64,000 bases of DNA, taken from Escherichia phage JH2. The stretch is from the sequence record KF055347. One strand, 5' to 3'. Positions within the stretch are counted from its first letter, which is position 1; the number at the start of each line of letters is the position of its first letter. Both the position numbers and the translations under genes were made by a program. Below are positions 38,653-48,567 of this stretch, in pieces. The notes beneath the pieces are model-generated. The model searched no databases. It was not told where the DNA came from and saw only the letters and a program-made list of their open reading frames with translations.

Positions 38653-39759
38653 TCAGCCACCTTGAGCGTCAGCGCGAACATCTACCAGCAACTGAGGGCG
38701 AGTGCAGTATGGCAGCATGTAAGAGTGAGCTTCGAAGTCAATACCTTCGTCACGGTCTTTTTCGTATTCAAATACGTACAGTTCCTGACCAAGTGTATTT
38801 GCATAACCCATCTTAGGACATGGGCCATATGCCACTTCGAAGATGTTGTTAGCTTCACCCAGCATAGATACGTTAGGGAAGGCATGACCAACACCAACAG
38901 TTGCTGCTACATCATCAATGCCCACCAGAGTGTGAACCTTACCACGCTTGTCTTTGAACTTACCGTTGTACTGGACAAACTTAACACCACCGTAGTAGAA
39001 GGTGTTCATGTGAGCCTGAACGCCGTCAGTACCACCAGTTCTCAGAGAACCAGTAATCTGTTGCCAAGCCAGCGGAGTCTGCTGTGCAAGATAAGCGTCA
39101 CGAATCTTAGGATGCTTAACCAGTTTGCTGAAGAATACACGGTCAACAACTACGTGAATTTCTTCGCCGTTGATTACAGTGCCAGTCTTAGCTTCGTCTT
39201 CCATGTGCATACGCAGTTCTTCGATAGAAGCGTCGATGTCAGCATTAGGGTTGGCAAGGTCGAAGTAAACAGTCTTCTTCTCAACGTCGAACTGCTTGTA
39301 CAGGTCAGCGTACAGAGTACCACGAGCATCAACAACTTTACCCTTCAGAGCTTGCATAAACAGGAACTCACGAGTAATATCGAACTTGGTACGAATCTTC
39401 ATCAGCTTCTTAGCACGTACTACAGCTTCAGTAGTCAGTTCGTTTGCAGTGCCTGGCTGACGTACACCCTGAATCTCATCAGGAGTAATGCTTTCAACTT
39501 CTTTGAAGTACATCATTGGGAAGCTGATTTGACGAACACGCTCAGGTGCGCTAGTCTCTGCTTTACGGCTATCACGGTCTACCGCATCAAGTAAGCTAAC
39601 ATCCCAATCAGTCAAGTCCATAAGGAAAGTGGTTTGGGTGATTGGTGCTGAACGGAACAGACCTAAGTTGGAAATATACCCATAAGTATTTGGGATAGAC
39701 TGGACTTCACCAGTCAGGTCAGCAAGGAAAAATCTGCTTTTTTCAGAATTAGTCAACAT
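38653..39759 (-). CDS. major capsid protein (lambda gpE-like)
   Basis: 368 aa; position after protease/scaffold and decoration genes; GGAGAA RBS; composition consistent with E-type capsid proteins. Confidence 0.8.
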   Translation of the reverse strand: MLTNSEKSRFFLADLTGEVQSIPNTYGYISNLGLFRSAPITQTTFLMDLTDWDVSLLDAVDRDSRKAETSAPERVRQISFPMMYFKEVESITPDEIQGVRQPGTANELTTEAVVRAKKLMKIRTKFDITREFLFMQALKGKVVDARGTLYADLYKQFDVEKKTVYFDLANPNADIDASIEELRMHMEDEAKTGTVINGEEIHVVVDRVFFSKLVKHPKIRDAYLAQQTPLAWQQITGSLRTGGTDGVQAHMNTFYYGGVKFVQYNGKFKDKRGKVHTLVGIDDVAATVGVGHAFPNVSMLGEANNIFEVAYGPCPKMGYANTLGQELYVFEYEKDRDEGIDFEAHSYMLPYCTRPQLLVDVRADAQGG

Positions 39760-39792
39760 TGTAAAATTCTCCAGAATGTCTTATTATTGTTA

Positions 39793-40170
39793 TTACAGGC
39801 CAGTTGGTACGAAATCAATACCTTTAGCAGCCAGAGCTTTCTTGACTTCAGCAGCATCAACGCTTGATTCAAGAATTAGCAGGTCTTTTAGCTCTGCATC
39901 ACGGTGGATACCAACAACTTTCAACTGACCGTGGTAAGACAGTTGCAGGTCTGCATAAAAGTTAACGATACATACAGAATCAGCCTGAGATTCTTCTCCT
40001 GCTGCAACTTTAGAGCCATCTGCTTTCAGAACTTCACCTACACGGTATTCTGTAGAAGCTTTTGGAGTATACTCTTTACGAGAGTGGCCTGTTGGGGTAA
40101 CCTGTTCCCAAAGAATGATATCATTCAGAGGTTCTCTTTTACCTAGCTTAGTAAAACCTTCATATGCCAT
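39793..40170 (-). CDS. head decoration protein (gpD-like)
   Basis: 125 aa ORF between protease/scaffold and capsid genes, as in lambda C-D-E order. Confidence 0.5.
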   Translation of the reverse strand: MAYEGFTKLGKREPLNDIILWEQVTPTGHSRKEYTPKASTEYRVGEVLKADGSKVAAGEESQADSVCIVNFYADLQLSYHGQLKVVGIHRDAELKDLLILESSVDAAEVKKALAAKGIDFVPTGL

Positions 40171-40181
40171 TATTGTGTTCC

Positions 40182-41528
40182 TTATTTAATAAGAGATTTT
40201 AGAGCATTCTGGAGAGCCAGTTTGCGTTGTTCAGCGGTGTCTTCGGAAGCATTCTTAGCTGGTTCTTTTTCTTCTTCAACCAAATCAGCTTCGCCGTCAT
40301 TACCCACTTCTTCCATAGCGTTGGAATGTTCAAGAACAGCACCAGCAGTTTCTTTCAACTTGGTAATTTCTGATTCTTTTTCTTCCATTGCAGAAGCATG
40401 GGATGCGATAGTTTCATTAAGTTTCTGGTTAGCACCTTCCATAGCATTCATAAACAGAACACTCAGAGGGTTATCAAGACCAGCACCTAAAATAGTCGTT
40501 GCAGCTTCTTTTGCATCAAATCCAAAAGCTTCAGCAGAAGCAGAAATCTTATTAGTCAAATCTGACAAAGCAGCTTCCTGTTCTTTAGCTTTCATTTGAG
40601 AAACCTGAAGACGCAAAGCTTCTAGTTCTTGCTTTTCTTGTTCAGTCATTTCTTCACCTGAATTGTTAACGTTTAAACTTACAGGAGCCTCTTCAGAACC
40701 TTGTAAGTAATTTAAGAAATCATCTTGAGACATGATTGAGTTAATTAAACCAAGTTCAAGAGCTTCCTGAGCAGAATAAACATTCGCCTCAGTATTCTTT
40801 ACAGCTTCTTCAGAGAGATTACGAGATTCGGCTACAAAACCTGTAAAGGTTGCGTAGGTATCATTAATTCTCTTTTGAAGTCTTTCTTTGCTTTCTTCTG
40901 AAAGTGCTTGGAATGGTGAACCCATACCTTTAAACTCACCAGCTTTGATGACGTTAATTGTTACGCCATTCTTTTCAAATGCTTTAGTTAATTCCTGATG
41001 AACCATGATTACACCAATAGAACCAACATCTGCATCTGGTGATGCAATAATTTCTTCAGCAGAAGATGCAAGAGCATATGCAGCGGAACAAGCGAACTCA
41101 TCTACATAAGCAATAATTTTCTTTTGGCCTCTTGAAGCCATAATGTGACGTGCTAATTCAAAGCAACCTGAAGCTTCACCACCACCAGAATCAATATGCA
41201 GAACAATAGTCTTAATTGACTCATCTGCTAAAGCTTCGTCAAAGCCTCTACGCAAACCTTCATAAGAGCTTAATCCACCTGTACACATTGCATCAATGAA
41301 TGTCATACGATGAGTTAAACCACCCATAATAGGAATAATAGCAATGTCATCTTTTACTTTTAAAAGACTTCTTGCTTCACCTTTGGGTTTATCAAAGTTT
41401 ACTGCTGCTTGGACATCACCCAGCAATCTGTTATTCACATAAGTTGCTGCTGAGTGAGCTAATGATTCAGTGGCTAGTAAAGGTTGGTTGAACAATCTAT
41501 CAGCAAGTCTGAAGATATTCGAACTCAT
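40182..41528 (-). CDS. prohead protease (S49/ClpP-like) fused to scaffold-like coiled-coil domain
   Basis: S49-type core (IIAYVDEFACSAAYALAS ... SIGVIMVHQE) followed by long acidic coiled-coil C-terminus; lambda gpC-like. Confidence 0.75.
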   Translation of the reverse strand: MSSNIFRLADRLFNQPLLATESLAHSAATYVNNRLLGDVQAAVNFDKPKGEARSLLKVKDDIAIIPIMGGLTHRMTFIDAMCTGGLSSYEGLRRGFDEALADESIKTIVLHIDSGGGEASGCFELARHIMASRGQKKIIAYVDEFACSAAYALASSAEEIIASPDADVGSIGVIMVHQELTKAFEKNGVTINVIKAGEFKGMGSPFQALSEESKERLQKRINDTYATFTGFVAESRNLSEEAVKNTEANVYSAQEALELGLINSIMSQDDFLNYLQGSEEAPVSLNVNNSGEEMTEQEKQELEALRLQVSQMKAKEQEAALSDLTNKISASAEAFGFDAKEAATTILGAGLDNPLSVLFMNAMEGANQKLNETIASHASAMEEKESEITKLKETAGAVLEHSNAMEEVGNDGEADLVEEEKEPAKNASEDTAEQRKLALQNALKSLIK

Positions 41529-41539
41529 TTTTACTCACC

Positions 41540-41872
41540 CTATTTGTTTAAATCTACAGAGACTGAAGAGATAACATAGATACCTTCTTCAGCAAAGAAT
41601 TGAGGTTTGCTAAGAGCACCAGTTGCCACGCATTTATCGTTAGCATCCCACAAGCTATAGTGTGAGACCGTTGCAGAAGCTGGAACAGTAATATTAACTG
41701 TATCTTCTGAGGCAATTAAGCCATTATCCGGTTCAGAAAAATAAATAGCCACTGGCTGAGTAACCTTATTTGCTGTAGGGTCTGCCGTTGGGTCTACATT
41801 GTGTAAAATAATAGTCGTTGGGGTTAGCGTGGCGAGGATTTTATTCTTACCATCAATAGTTAATGTTCCCAT
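41540..41872 (-). CDS. hypothetical head-module protein
   Basis: 110 aa ORF between portal and protease. Confidence 0.45.
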   Translation of the reverse strand: MGTLTIDGKNKILATLTPTTIILHNVDPTADPTANKVTQPVAIYFSEPDNGLIASEDTVNITVPASATVSHYSLWDANDKCVATGALSKPQFFAEEGIYVISSVSVDLNK

Positions 41873-42372
41873 TAATTAAACCTTACTTTTTGTTTAAGGA
41901 CTGTTGAATGGTTACCAGATTCATCTACCACATTTACAATCATATCATATACTTTACCTTTGACAAGTACTTTGTAATCATTTTGTGAAAAAATGTATTC
42001 AAGTCTGTTTGTTTCTTTATTAACTGTCATTGGAGATTGAAATGCAGTGTCGAGGGTAATGAAAGCGGCTTCAATGCTGTTAACATTAATACGTTTATTC
42101 TCGCAGTTATATAACTTTACACCCAAAAGGCATGAACTGTCAAATGGAATTTTAACAATTTCACTACAATTTCCTGAAATAAACGGTTTTCCACTCATCG
42201 GTGCATCAAGTAACCTGCAAATAGTGAAAACGTCAGAGGTTCCACCGTCACTTACATAACCTGAAAGGCTGACCCTTGAGCCAGCCTCTACAGATAACTT
42301 GTCAGTAATGATAAGAACACCTCTATACGAATGCACTCGTGTAGCATTTGAAATAGAGATAACTTCAGCCAT
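41872..42372 (-). CDS. hypothetical head-module protein
   Basis: 166 aa ORF downstream of portal. Confidence 0.45.
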   Translation of the reverse strand: MAEVISISNATRVHSYRGVLIITDKLSVEAGSRVSLSGYVSDGGTSDVFTICRLLDAPMSGKPFISGNCSEIVKIPFDSSCLLGVKLYNCENKRINVNSIEAAFITLDTAFQSPMTVNKETNRLEYIFSQNDYKVLVKGKVYDMIVNVVDESGNHSTVLKQKVRFN

Positions 42373-43835
42373 TATTTATTTGCCTTATTTGCTGTGCTTG
42401 GGTCTTTCGCTGAAGGTGTCTTTGCAGTACCTTCTCCAGCGGTCTTATAACCATCTCCTGAACGGCTTTGGGTATTTGGAGAAAGCTTTTCAGATACTGG
42501 CTGAGACTCATCAGCAGGAGGAAGACCAATATGCTCTCTAAGCTTGTTAGATAGCTCTTTGTCAACTTCCAAAGCACCTACTGCAACAGTCTTCTGGATA
42601 TAAGAACCAATTACTTCAAGGTCTGGGGTTTCGATATCATCATATGTGATTTGTACATGTTCTTCATCGTCCCACATATTAAGAGCATAAGTCTGTGCAA
42701 CTAAATCACGGTTAATTACGTTCTTAATTTGCTTCAGCAGAATATCTACTGACATTGCTAATAAGCTTGTCTTAGAATCTGCAAGAGAGAATGAACCATA
42801 TTTTGATTGACCCATAGCAAGAACATCTGACATAAATGCCATCATAATCTGCTTGGAATATCTGTCAATGATAGAGCCTGTATCATATGCTTTAGCACCC
42901 TGTCTAGAAACTAATGAGAACTCGAAAATATCCTCTTTAGTATCTGGGTCGATATATCTAGGCCAGATTAAACCTGCTCTGTCGTTAGCAATCATATCAT
43001 TAACAACAGTTTTGCAGTATTGTACGAAAGCTTTCTTTTCAGGTTCTGCATTTTCATCCAGATAATCTGGTGGTAAACCAATCTTTGGCATACCTACTAA
43101 GTCTCTTGAAACACCAACAGCTTCATACTCTTCAATCTGTACTTTATACTTCCACGGTACATAAGCATTAAGCAATGGTGAACGACCTTCTGGGTTACCA
43201 TACTCATCGTCATACTTAAACAGCATGAACTTAGCTCGTGGGAGTTTTCTTGTTAGTGGTCTTTCTCCAAGATTAATTGCTCCAGCAATATGCGAAACAT
43301 TTCTTAGATTTTGTCTGACACCAGTAACTTTTCTAAAGTCTTCGTCAAAATACCATTTATCAAGTGTTGATTGGTTTCTGATTGGTAATTTAGCCCACCC
43401 AATTAGACCGTCATCAAATTTTGACTGGTACTTTCCTTTTTTACCCTGACGTTTCTTATAAACCTTTTCGTTAACACAGAACCCATAAGTGCAGAATGAC
43501 ATTACAGAGTTAATAAAATCTGCCCAATCATGCTCCATGTCATCCATTAAAGAATTAAAGAAGTCTGCTCTTTCAAGCATTTTAGGGTCTTGCTCTTTTC
43601 CCTTTGGAGGTACGAATCTCCAGTTGACTTTTCTGACAAACATCTTAATAATATTTACAGATGCTGCTACAGCAGGGTCACGCATCATTAATTGGAAAGT
43701 TTTAATACTTTCAGGGAACCTTAGTGCCTGACGAGGTTCTTCATAGATTCTACCATTCTTAACCTTCAGACCCAAAGAACCTACTTCACCCATTCTAAAT
43801 GGTGGTAAGCTTTCTTGTGTTTCTGTAATATCTGC
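42372..43835 (-). CDS. portal protein
   Basis: ~487 aa ORF directly downstream of TerL; start trimmed to MADITE... after GGTGAGAAGA. Confidence 0.7.
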   Translation of the reverse strand, partial: ADITETQESLPPFRMGEVGSLGLKVKNGRIYEEPRQALRFPESIKTFQLMMRDPAVAASVNIIKMFVRKVNWRFVPPKGKEQDPKMLERADFFNSLMDDMEHDWADFINSVMSFCTYGFCVNEKVYKKRQGKKGKYQSKFDDGLIGWAKLPIRNQSTLDKWYFDEDFRKVTGVRQNLRNVSHIAGAINLGERPLTRKLPRAKFMLFKYDDEYGNPEGRSPLLNAYVPWKYKVQIEEYEAVGVSRDLVGMPKIGLPPDYLDENAEPEKKAFVQYCKTVVNDMIANDRAGLIWPRYIDPDTKEDIFEFSLVSRQGAKAYDTGSIIDRYSKQIMMAFMSDVLAMGQSKYGSFSLADSKTSLLAMSVDILLKQIKNVINRDLVAQTYALNMWDDEEHVQITYDDIETPDLEVIGSYIQKTVAVGALEVDKELSNKLREHIGLPPADESQPVSEKLSPNTQSRSGDGYKTAGEGTAKTPSAKDPSTANKANK

Positions 43836-43854
43836 CATTCTTCTCACCTAGCTA

Positions 43855-45456
43855 TCAACGTCTAAGCCCCTCATATGGGTTTCCTCTCACTAAGTCTGTA
43901 TGAGCACCCATTGATGGTGGCTTGAATAATTTAACTTCGTTAAGACTGTTGAAAGCATCACTGGTAGCATCCACTTGGTCATCTTTAGTTTTACCATCAC
44001 CACAAAAACCTTCAAGTTCTTGGAAGTAAGCTTCGTTCCAACTACCTCTCAAGACTTTTACAAGTCCAGCTTCAGAAGCAGCAGAAAATCCCGCAAAGCG
44101 GGTAACTTTATCTTTATTTGTTGGTTTAGCTCTTGCGCGATAACCTTTCTCGGCAAGTTTCCTGATGAGGGATGTTGCATAGGATTTACCAGCAGCGCCT
44201 GGGTCTTGAGGGATAAAAATACCAGTTCGCTTACCGTCACTTTCAGCAGTCAAATTAATTTGTGTTTCGACTCCAGAGGGTCTATCTCTAAATCTTACTA
44301 CATCAATGATATAATAGCAACCGTCTTTTTTAGATTTACCCATCTTAACACCCGCTGTCCAGTCTGGGTTAGGGTTAATTTCAGATGGTAAAGTCGCTGC
44401 TAAGTCCCATGCTCTGACATCAAACACATCTTCTGGGAGTGAATCAACAATCTCACACCATTGTCTTTGCCAATAGTTTGAACCTTCTGCACGAGCCTTC
44501 CAGTTACCGAAACGAAGTCTTGCAACGTTTACAGGTGTGTTGTTTTCCAACTTACCACGATATTTAGGCTCTAAGAAGTCAAGAATTGGGTTATCATCAA
44601 TCGTACCAGAGATGAAGGTGTATGTCTGAGGAATCTCAAGAGGGAACATTTCAAGAATCTTGTCTCTTTCCCAATCAGAAACCATCACACCATCATTCAT
44701 AACATACCAACGAATACGACCACACTTCTCAGGGTCTGGGTAACCTTCTTCATCTAAGAAGGGTTCTACCCAATCATAAATGAAGTGGTCTCTATCTGGG
44801 TTCATAGAAATCTTCATGTATGAGTCACCTTCAGCACCGGAACGTAGACGGGTCTGTAGGTATGAAATCTGTGAAGCAGAGAAGTGTGTACCTTCGTCAA
44901 AGTAGATAGCTGAGTATTCAATACCCTGATGACCTTCAGCGTGCTTTTCAAGTTCTAGGTAGGTGAACTTAATAGTTGCCCCAGAAGGGAATGTGATAGT
45001 CATCTTCTGCTCGTGAGGAACCCCACCAAACTTACCAAATAGTTTCTTTGCAGCAGGCCATAAACCACCTTGTAACTGTGTTGTATTTCGACGGAAATAT
45101 ACAGCATTATAGTTAGGGTCTTCAATAAACCTTAAAGAGTCCATTAACAATGCAGCAGTTTTACCAGCACCAGCAGCACCACCATATAAAACCAAGTCAG
45201 CATTAGTATTTAAAAACACCTCTTGAGAACCCGGCTGAGGGGCTACATAGTTCTTATCAGTCATCAATTTGAAGATAAGTCTAACTTGGTCTGGTGTATA
45301 TCTTAATAAAGTCAGAATTTGAGTTGGAAGGAATTTAGAGGGGTCTTTACCGAATGATTTGATAATTTCTTTTACTTCATCAGAAAGCCCCAACTCTCCA
45401 GCTAGGACTTTCCTAACATCTTCCACTCGCTTCTGCTTAACAGCATTTAAGTCCAT
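43855..45456 (-). CDS. terminase large subunit
   Basis: Walker A LVLYGGAAGAGKTAAL, Walker B-like IYFDEGTHF, C-terminal RNase H-like nuclease region; start trimmed to MDLNAVK... after GGAGGTG. Confidence 0.88.
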   Translation of the reverse strand: MDLNAVKQKRVEDVRKVLAGELGLSDEVKEIIKSFGKDPSKFLPTQILTLLRYTPDQVRLIFKLMTDKNYVAPQPGSQEVFLNTNADLVLYGGAAGAGKTAALLMDSLRFIEDPNYNAVYFRRNTTQLQGGLWPAAKKLFGKFGGVPHEQKMTITFPSGATIKFTYLELEKHAEGHQGIEYSAIYFDEGTHFSASQISYLQTRLRSGAEGDSYMKISMNPDRDHFIYDWVEPFLDEEGYPDPEKCGRIRWYVMNDGVMVSDWERDKILEMFPLEIPQTYTFISGTIDDNPILDFLEPKYRGKLENNTPVNVARLRFGNWKARAEGSNYWQRQWCEIVDSLPEDVFDVRAWDLAATLPSEINPNPDWTAGVKMGKSKKDGCYYIIDVVRFRDRPSGVETQINLTAESDGKRTGIFIPQDPGAAGKSYATSLIRKLAEKGYRARAKPTNKDKVTRFAGFSAASEAGLVKVLRGSWNEAYFQELEGFCGDGKTKDDQVDATSDAFNSLNEVKLFKPPSMGAHTDLVRGNPYEGLRR

Positions 45457-45477
45457 TAAGCACCTCCGCAAATAGAA

Positions 45478-45678
45478 TTATTCAGAGTCTGTAGCAGTCT
45501 CTTCTTTCTTAACTTCGAACTTTGCATCAACAGCATCAAGAAGTGCATCCATAGAGGCTTCTTTAATATCAATACCTGTTGCTACAGATAATCTGTCTGC
45601 AATTGCCATGATAGTATTCTGCATAAACACTAACTTCTTGTTAGCTTCATAAAGTTCTTTATAAACGTTCTCGCTCAT
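45478..45678 (-). CDS. hypothetical protein upstream of terminase
   Basis: 66 aa ORF with GGAGAAAAC RBS; too small to call a small terminase subunit. Confidence 0.45.
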   Translation of the reverse strand: MSENVYKELYEANKKLVFMQNTIMAIADRLSVATGIDIKEASMDALLDAVDAKFEVKKEETATDSE

Positions 45679-45710
45679 TATGTTTTCTCCAAATAATTAA
45701 TTATGTTTCC

Positions 45711-45738
45711 CCTTAAAAAAGACGGCACAGAGACCGTC
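45711..45738 (-). terminator. rho-independent terminator-like hairpin at 3' end of tRNA array (minus strand)
   Basis: Minus-strand hairpin GACGGUCUCUGUGCCGUC followed by UUUUUUAAGG. Confidence 0.5.
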
Positions 45739-45900
45739 AAGGAGAAACCACAATGTACGTCAGAGACATACTGTATAAGTCTTCTTATAAAGTATAACTC
45801 TGTAAAAAAGCCCTGTCTAAAAATACTCTTCGGTAGCGAAAGGAAGAATACTTATAGCAGGGCATTATTATTATTTTAATTGAGAGAGAGTAAAATAACT

Positions 45901-45976
45901 TGGAGAATCCGAAGGGACTCGAACCCTTATAAACCTGTTTTGCAGACAGGCACATATCCATTTCTGTCACGGATTC
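45901..45976 (-). tRNA. tRNA-Cys (anticodon GCA)
   Basis: Cloverleaf read by eye: CCA encoded, T-arm AAGGG/CCCTT with TTCGAGT loop, anticodon loop CUGCAAA, acceptor 7 bp. Confidence 0.7.
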
Positions 45977-45980
45977 AAAT

Positions 45981-46073
45981 TGGAGGAAGATACCAGACTT
46001 GAACTGGTACACCGATTTCTCAGCTACTGGCAGTTTAGCAAACTGCTCCCTTACCTTTTAGGGTTAATCTTCC
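45981..46073 (-). tRNA. tRNA-Ser (anticodon GCT), long variable arm
   Basis: T-arm ACCAG/CTGGT, anticodon arm GCAGT-UUGCUAA-ACUGC, ~21-nt variable arm, perfect 7-bp acceptor. Confidence 0.7.
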
Positions 46074-46074
46074 A

Positions 46075-46809
46075 TTATTTCTGTAATGCGTTCTTCATTT
46101 CTGGTGTTGCAATAGTGTCAATCACACCAGTTTTACAAGCATCATCAAACCAGTCTGGTAAGATACCTGCTAAGAACCCATTGATATTCGTTTTAAGGTA
46201 CTCTGCAATAAGGGCAGCTTCTTCTTCAATCATCTGCACAACTTCATCTGCATAAGCTGTAATCTTTGAGATACCTTCATTAATCTTGCTAACAGCTTGG
46301 TTAGCTAAATCAGAAATAGTATCAAGACCTTCATCAATAGCATCTTGTAAGTCACTTAATACACCATTAACACCATCTAGTGCGCTGTTAATTGTGTCAA
46401 TAGCTTTTTGACCATACTCTGTAGCAACACCCATAATACCACTAAATGGTGTACAACCGACTTGCTCTCCTGCTGCACCCATAACATTGGAATACCCCTT
46501 TGCTACCTGCATACGTGATGAAAACTCATCAATAGACTTTTGACCATAGTCTGTTAGGGTCTTAGTAGTTGCTGTAGTGCTTGTAAGGCTTGTTGTAAAG
46601 CTGTTTAGAAGGGCTGTTGTGAGTCCAGCAGCAACAAGTTTATCCTTTATTGTAGGGTCTGCTACAGAGCTAATAGAGCTTACAAGTGATGTAGAGGCAG
46701 CTACGGTTCCACCGAGAACTGCTGCACCAGTAATAAGGGGATTAGAAAACCCTCTACCGGTTTTTAAGAGATTAAAAATCTCCTTACCTTGTTCTGTCAT
46801 CTCTTTCAT
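46075..46809 (-). CDS. hypothetical Ala/Ser/Thr-rich protein embedded in tRNA array
   Basis: ORF trimmed to MKEMTEQ... after AAAGGTG to avoid overlapping the upstream tRNA. Confidence 0.5.
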   Translation of the reverse strand: MKEMTEQGKEIFNLLKTGRGFSNPLITGAAVLGGTVAASTSLVSSISSVADPTIKDKLVAAGLTTALLNSFTTSLTSTTATTKTLTDYGQKSIDEFSSRMQVAKGYSNVMGAAGEQVGCTPFSGIMGVATEYGQKAIDTINSALDGVNGVLSDLQDAIDEGLDTISDLANQAVSKINEGISKITAYADEVVQMIEEEAALIAEYLKTNINGFLAGILPDWFDDACKTGVIDTIATPEMKNALQK

Positions 46810-46825
46810 TAAGCACCTTTGAAAT

Positions 46826-46902
46826 TGGTAGTCCAGTGGGATTTGAACCCTCTTCTCATGTTTTTCAGACACGCGCTTTAACCATATAAGCTACTTGGAC
46901 TG
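46826..46902 (-). tRNA. tRNA-Phe (anticodon GAA)
   Basis: Anticodon arm CGUGU-CUGAAAA-ACAUG; T-loop UUCAAAU; T-stem and acceptor each carry one mismatch, ends approximate. Confidence 0.6.
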
Positions 46903-46907
46903 TAAAT

Positions 46908-46983
46908 TGGGGTGACCTACGGGATTTGAACCCGTATAGACCATGTTCACAGCATGGGTCATTACCTTTTATGATAAGGCCAC
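46908..46983 (-). tRNA. tRNA-His (anticodon GTG)
   Basis: Perfect T-arm ACGGG/CCCGU, anticodon loop with GUG, 76 nt. Confidence 0.7.
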
Positions 46984-47014
46984 ATTTAAGGACTCTCGTA
47001 AGAACCCTTAGAAG

Positions 47015-47090
47015 TGGCAGCGGCATAAGGATTTGAACCTTAATAAGACAGCTTCAGAGACTGCTGCATTGCCAGTTATGCTATACCGCT
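47015..47090 (-). tRNA. tRNA-Gln (anticodon CTG)
   Basis: T-arm TAAGG/CCTTA, D-arm GCAT/ATGC, anticodon stem with two G.U pairs, loop CUCUGAA. Confidence 0.6.
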
Positions 47091-47095
47091 AAATT

Positions 47096-47174
47096 TGGTA
47101 CTCCATATCGGATTCGAACCGATACATAACACAGATTTTAAGTCTGGCCTCTCTGCCAATTGGAGTAATGGAGC
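47096..47174 (-). tRNA. tRNA-Leu (anticodon TAA), atypical short variable region
   Basis: Perfect T-arm; anticodon loop CUUAAAA; ~7-nt variable region instead of a long arm, so identity is tentative. Confidence 0.5.
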
Positions 47175-47176
47175 AT

Positions 47177-47252
47177 TGGCGGGGGATGTTGGAATTGAAC
47201 CAACTTCTTCGATTTCAAAGACCGAGGTTTTAACCTTGTAAACTAATCCCCT
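47177..47252 (-). tRNA. tRNA-Gln (anticodon TTG)
   Basis: Perfect T-arm GTTGG/CCAAC; anticodon loop CUUUGAA. Confidence 0.6.
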
Positions 47253-47260
47253 TTAAATCT

Positions 47261-47818
47261 TTACTTTCTCAGTGGATGAATAAAGAATGCCAACATAACT
47301 CTTTCCCTTGAGAATGCTCTTTCTTCTGGGACAACACTTTTTAGTTTCCACCCAACATAAATTCTCCAGTAAAATTGTTTACCAAAGACTTTGATTGATG
47401 GGACAAAAGCGAATAATCCCCAAGCATTGCTGTTCCACATTAGGAGATAACCAGTCTGATTATCTTCAGGGTCAGAACTTACGTTGATATTACCTTTCCA
47501 CTTAGTAACATCTTTTACATCTCTTCCTAATACATGGTAAGAGAAGTTATAAGCTTTGTTTCTCCAGAGCCATCCAACTCTCTGCAAATAGACACCAAGC
47601 TTACCAATCTTTCTAATCTTAGCCCATCGTTTAATGTGACCTTCATCACCATCAATAGGGTTGTCATATGTCTCCATCCATCTGAATCCAAAAGGTAGAT
47701 GTCCTTTCTTCTCACTATAGAATGGAACTACAAAAGGTGCTAAGATAACTGCTAAGGTTGCTGCCAATGGGTCTAACAAAGCTAGGAAAATCCATGAAGC
47801 ATACTTCAAATATCTCAT
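47261..47818 (-). CDS. hypothetical membrane protein embedded in tRNA array
   Basis: 185 aa, N-terminal TM helices (WIFLALLDPLAATLAVILAPFVVPF); AAGAGG RBS. Confidence 0.5.
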   Translation of the reverse strand: MRYLKYASWIFLALLDPLAATLAVILAPFVVPFYSEKKGHLPFGFRWMETYDNPIDGDEGHIKRWAKIRKIGKLGVYLQRVGWLWRNKAYNFSYHVLGRDVKDVTKWKGNINVSSDPEDNQTGYLLMWNSNAWGLFAFVPSIKVFGKQFYWRIYVGWKLKSVVPEERAFSRERVMLAFFIHPLRK

Positions 47819-47830
47819 TTAAATAGCCTC

Positions 47831-47906
47831 TTTAAATTGGTGCAGGATAAGGGATTCGAACCCCTATTAACAGCTTCGTAGACTGTTGCTCTATCCATTT
47901 GAACTA
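47831..47906 (-). tRNA. tRNA-Arg (anticodon ACG)
   Basis: T-arm with TTCGAAT loop; anticodon loop CUACGAA; acceptor 7 bp. Confidence 0.65.
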
Positions 47907-47911
47907 ATCCT

Positions 47912-47989
47912 GCAAAATTGGTGTTCCAAGACGGATTCGAACCGTCACTAATACAAGGTTTGAGCTTGCATCCTCTGCCAATTGGGATA
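47912..47989 (-). tRNA. tRNA-Leu (anticodon CAA), atypical short variable region
   Basis: Perfect T-arm GACGG/CCGTC; anticodon loop CUCAAAC; 78 nt without long extra arm. Confidence 0.5.
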
Positions 47990-47990
47990 C

Positions 47991-48065
47991 TGGAACGTGG
48001 TACTCACTAAAGGACTTGAACCTTTTTCTTCATCTTGTAAGGGTGATGTTTTACCATATAAACTA
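47991..48065 (-). tRNA. tRNA-Val (anticodon TAC)
   Basis: Perfect T-arm AAAGG/CCTTT; anticodon loop CUUACAA. Confidence 0.65.
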
Positions 48066-48160
48066 AGCGAGTATGAAAGAGGTCTGAAGTTGTGCCGCTA
48101 ACTCAACTCCGTGGAATTTGTTACGGTCTTCAGTTGACACCAGCGGTCTTTCACTTGACC

Positions 48161-48236
48161 TCTGAATTGGTGCTCCCACAAGGATTCGAACCCTGATAAG
48201 TTGCTTACAAGGCAACCGTAATAGCCAATTATACGA
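48161..48236 (-). tRNA. tRNA-Thr (anticodon TGT)
   Basis: Perfect anticodon stem GTTGC/GCAAC; loop CUUGUAA. Confidence 0.7.
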
Positions 48237-48243
48237 TAGGAGC

Positions 48244-48318
48244 ATTAATTTGGAGCATCCAGAGGGAATCGAACCCTCAACCTCAGTTTGGAAGACTGTA
48301 ATTTTCCCGTTTAAACTA
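48244..48318 (-). tRNA. tRNA-Gly (anticodon TCC)
   Basis: Perfect T-arm GAGGG/CCCTC and perfect acceptor GCATCCA/TGGATGC; anticodon loop CUUCCAA. Confidence 0.7.
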
Positions 48319-48324
48319 TGGATG

Positions 48325-48400
48325 CACTAATTGGTGGAGTCACTGAGAATTGAACTCAGTTCCCGAGTTTGCAAAACTCGAATTTTAACCATATAAACTA
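48325..48400 (-). tRNA. tRNA-Ala (anticodon TGC)
   Basis: Perfect T-arm CTGAG/CTCAG and anticodon stem CGAGT/ACTCG; loop UUUGCAA. Confidence 0.7.
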
Positions 48401-48406
48401 TGACCC

Positions 48407-48482
48407 CAATGTTTGGTGCAGGTGGAGGGAATTGAACCCATCGTCTTACTGATTAAGAGTCAGCCGCATAACCATTTTGCTA
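48407..48482 (-). tRNA. tRNA-Lys (anticodon CTT)
   Basis: Perfect acceptor GCAGGTG/CACCTGC; anticodon loop CUCUUAA; weak T-stem; paralog of the tRNA at 49729. Confidence 0.6.
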
Positions 48483-48489
48483 CACCTGC

Positions 48490-48567
48490 ATTAATTTGGT
48501 AGGAGACAAGGGATTCGAACCCTCAAACACCAACTTCTAAGGATGGTAGGTTTACCAATTACCGTCA
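48490..48567 (-). tRNA. tRNA-Leu (anticodon TAG), atypical
   Basis: T-arm AAGGG/CCCTC; anticodon loop CUUAGAA; acceptor pairing needs 2 extra nt near the D-arm; no long variable arm. Confidence 0.5.

Noticed and set aside
38662-39594. 310-aa plus-strand ORF antisense to the major capsid gene
   Set aside because: Lies wholly inside a well-supported minus-strand capsid gene; no RBS; composition typical of an antisense shadow ORF.
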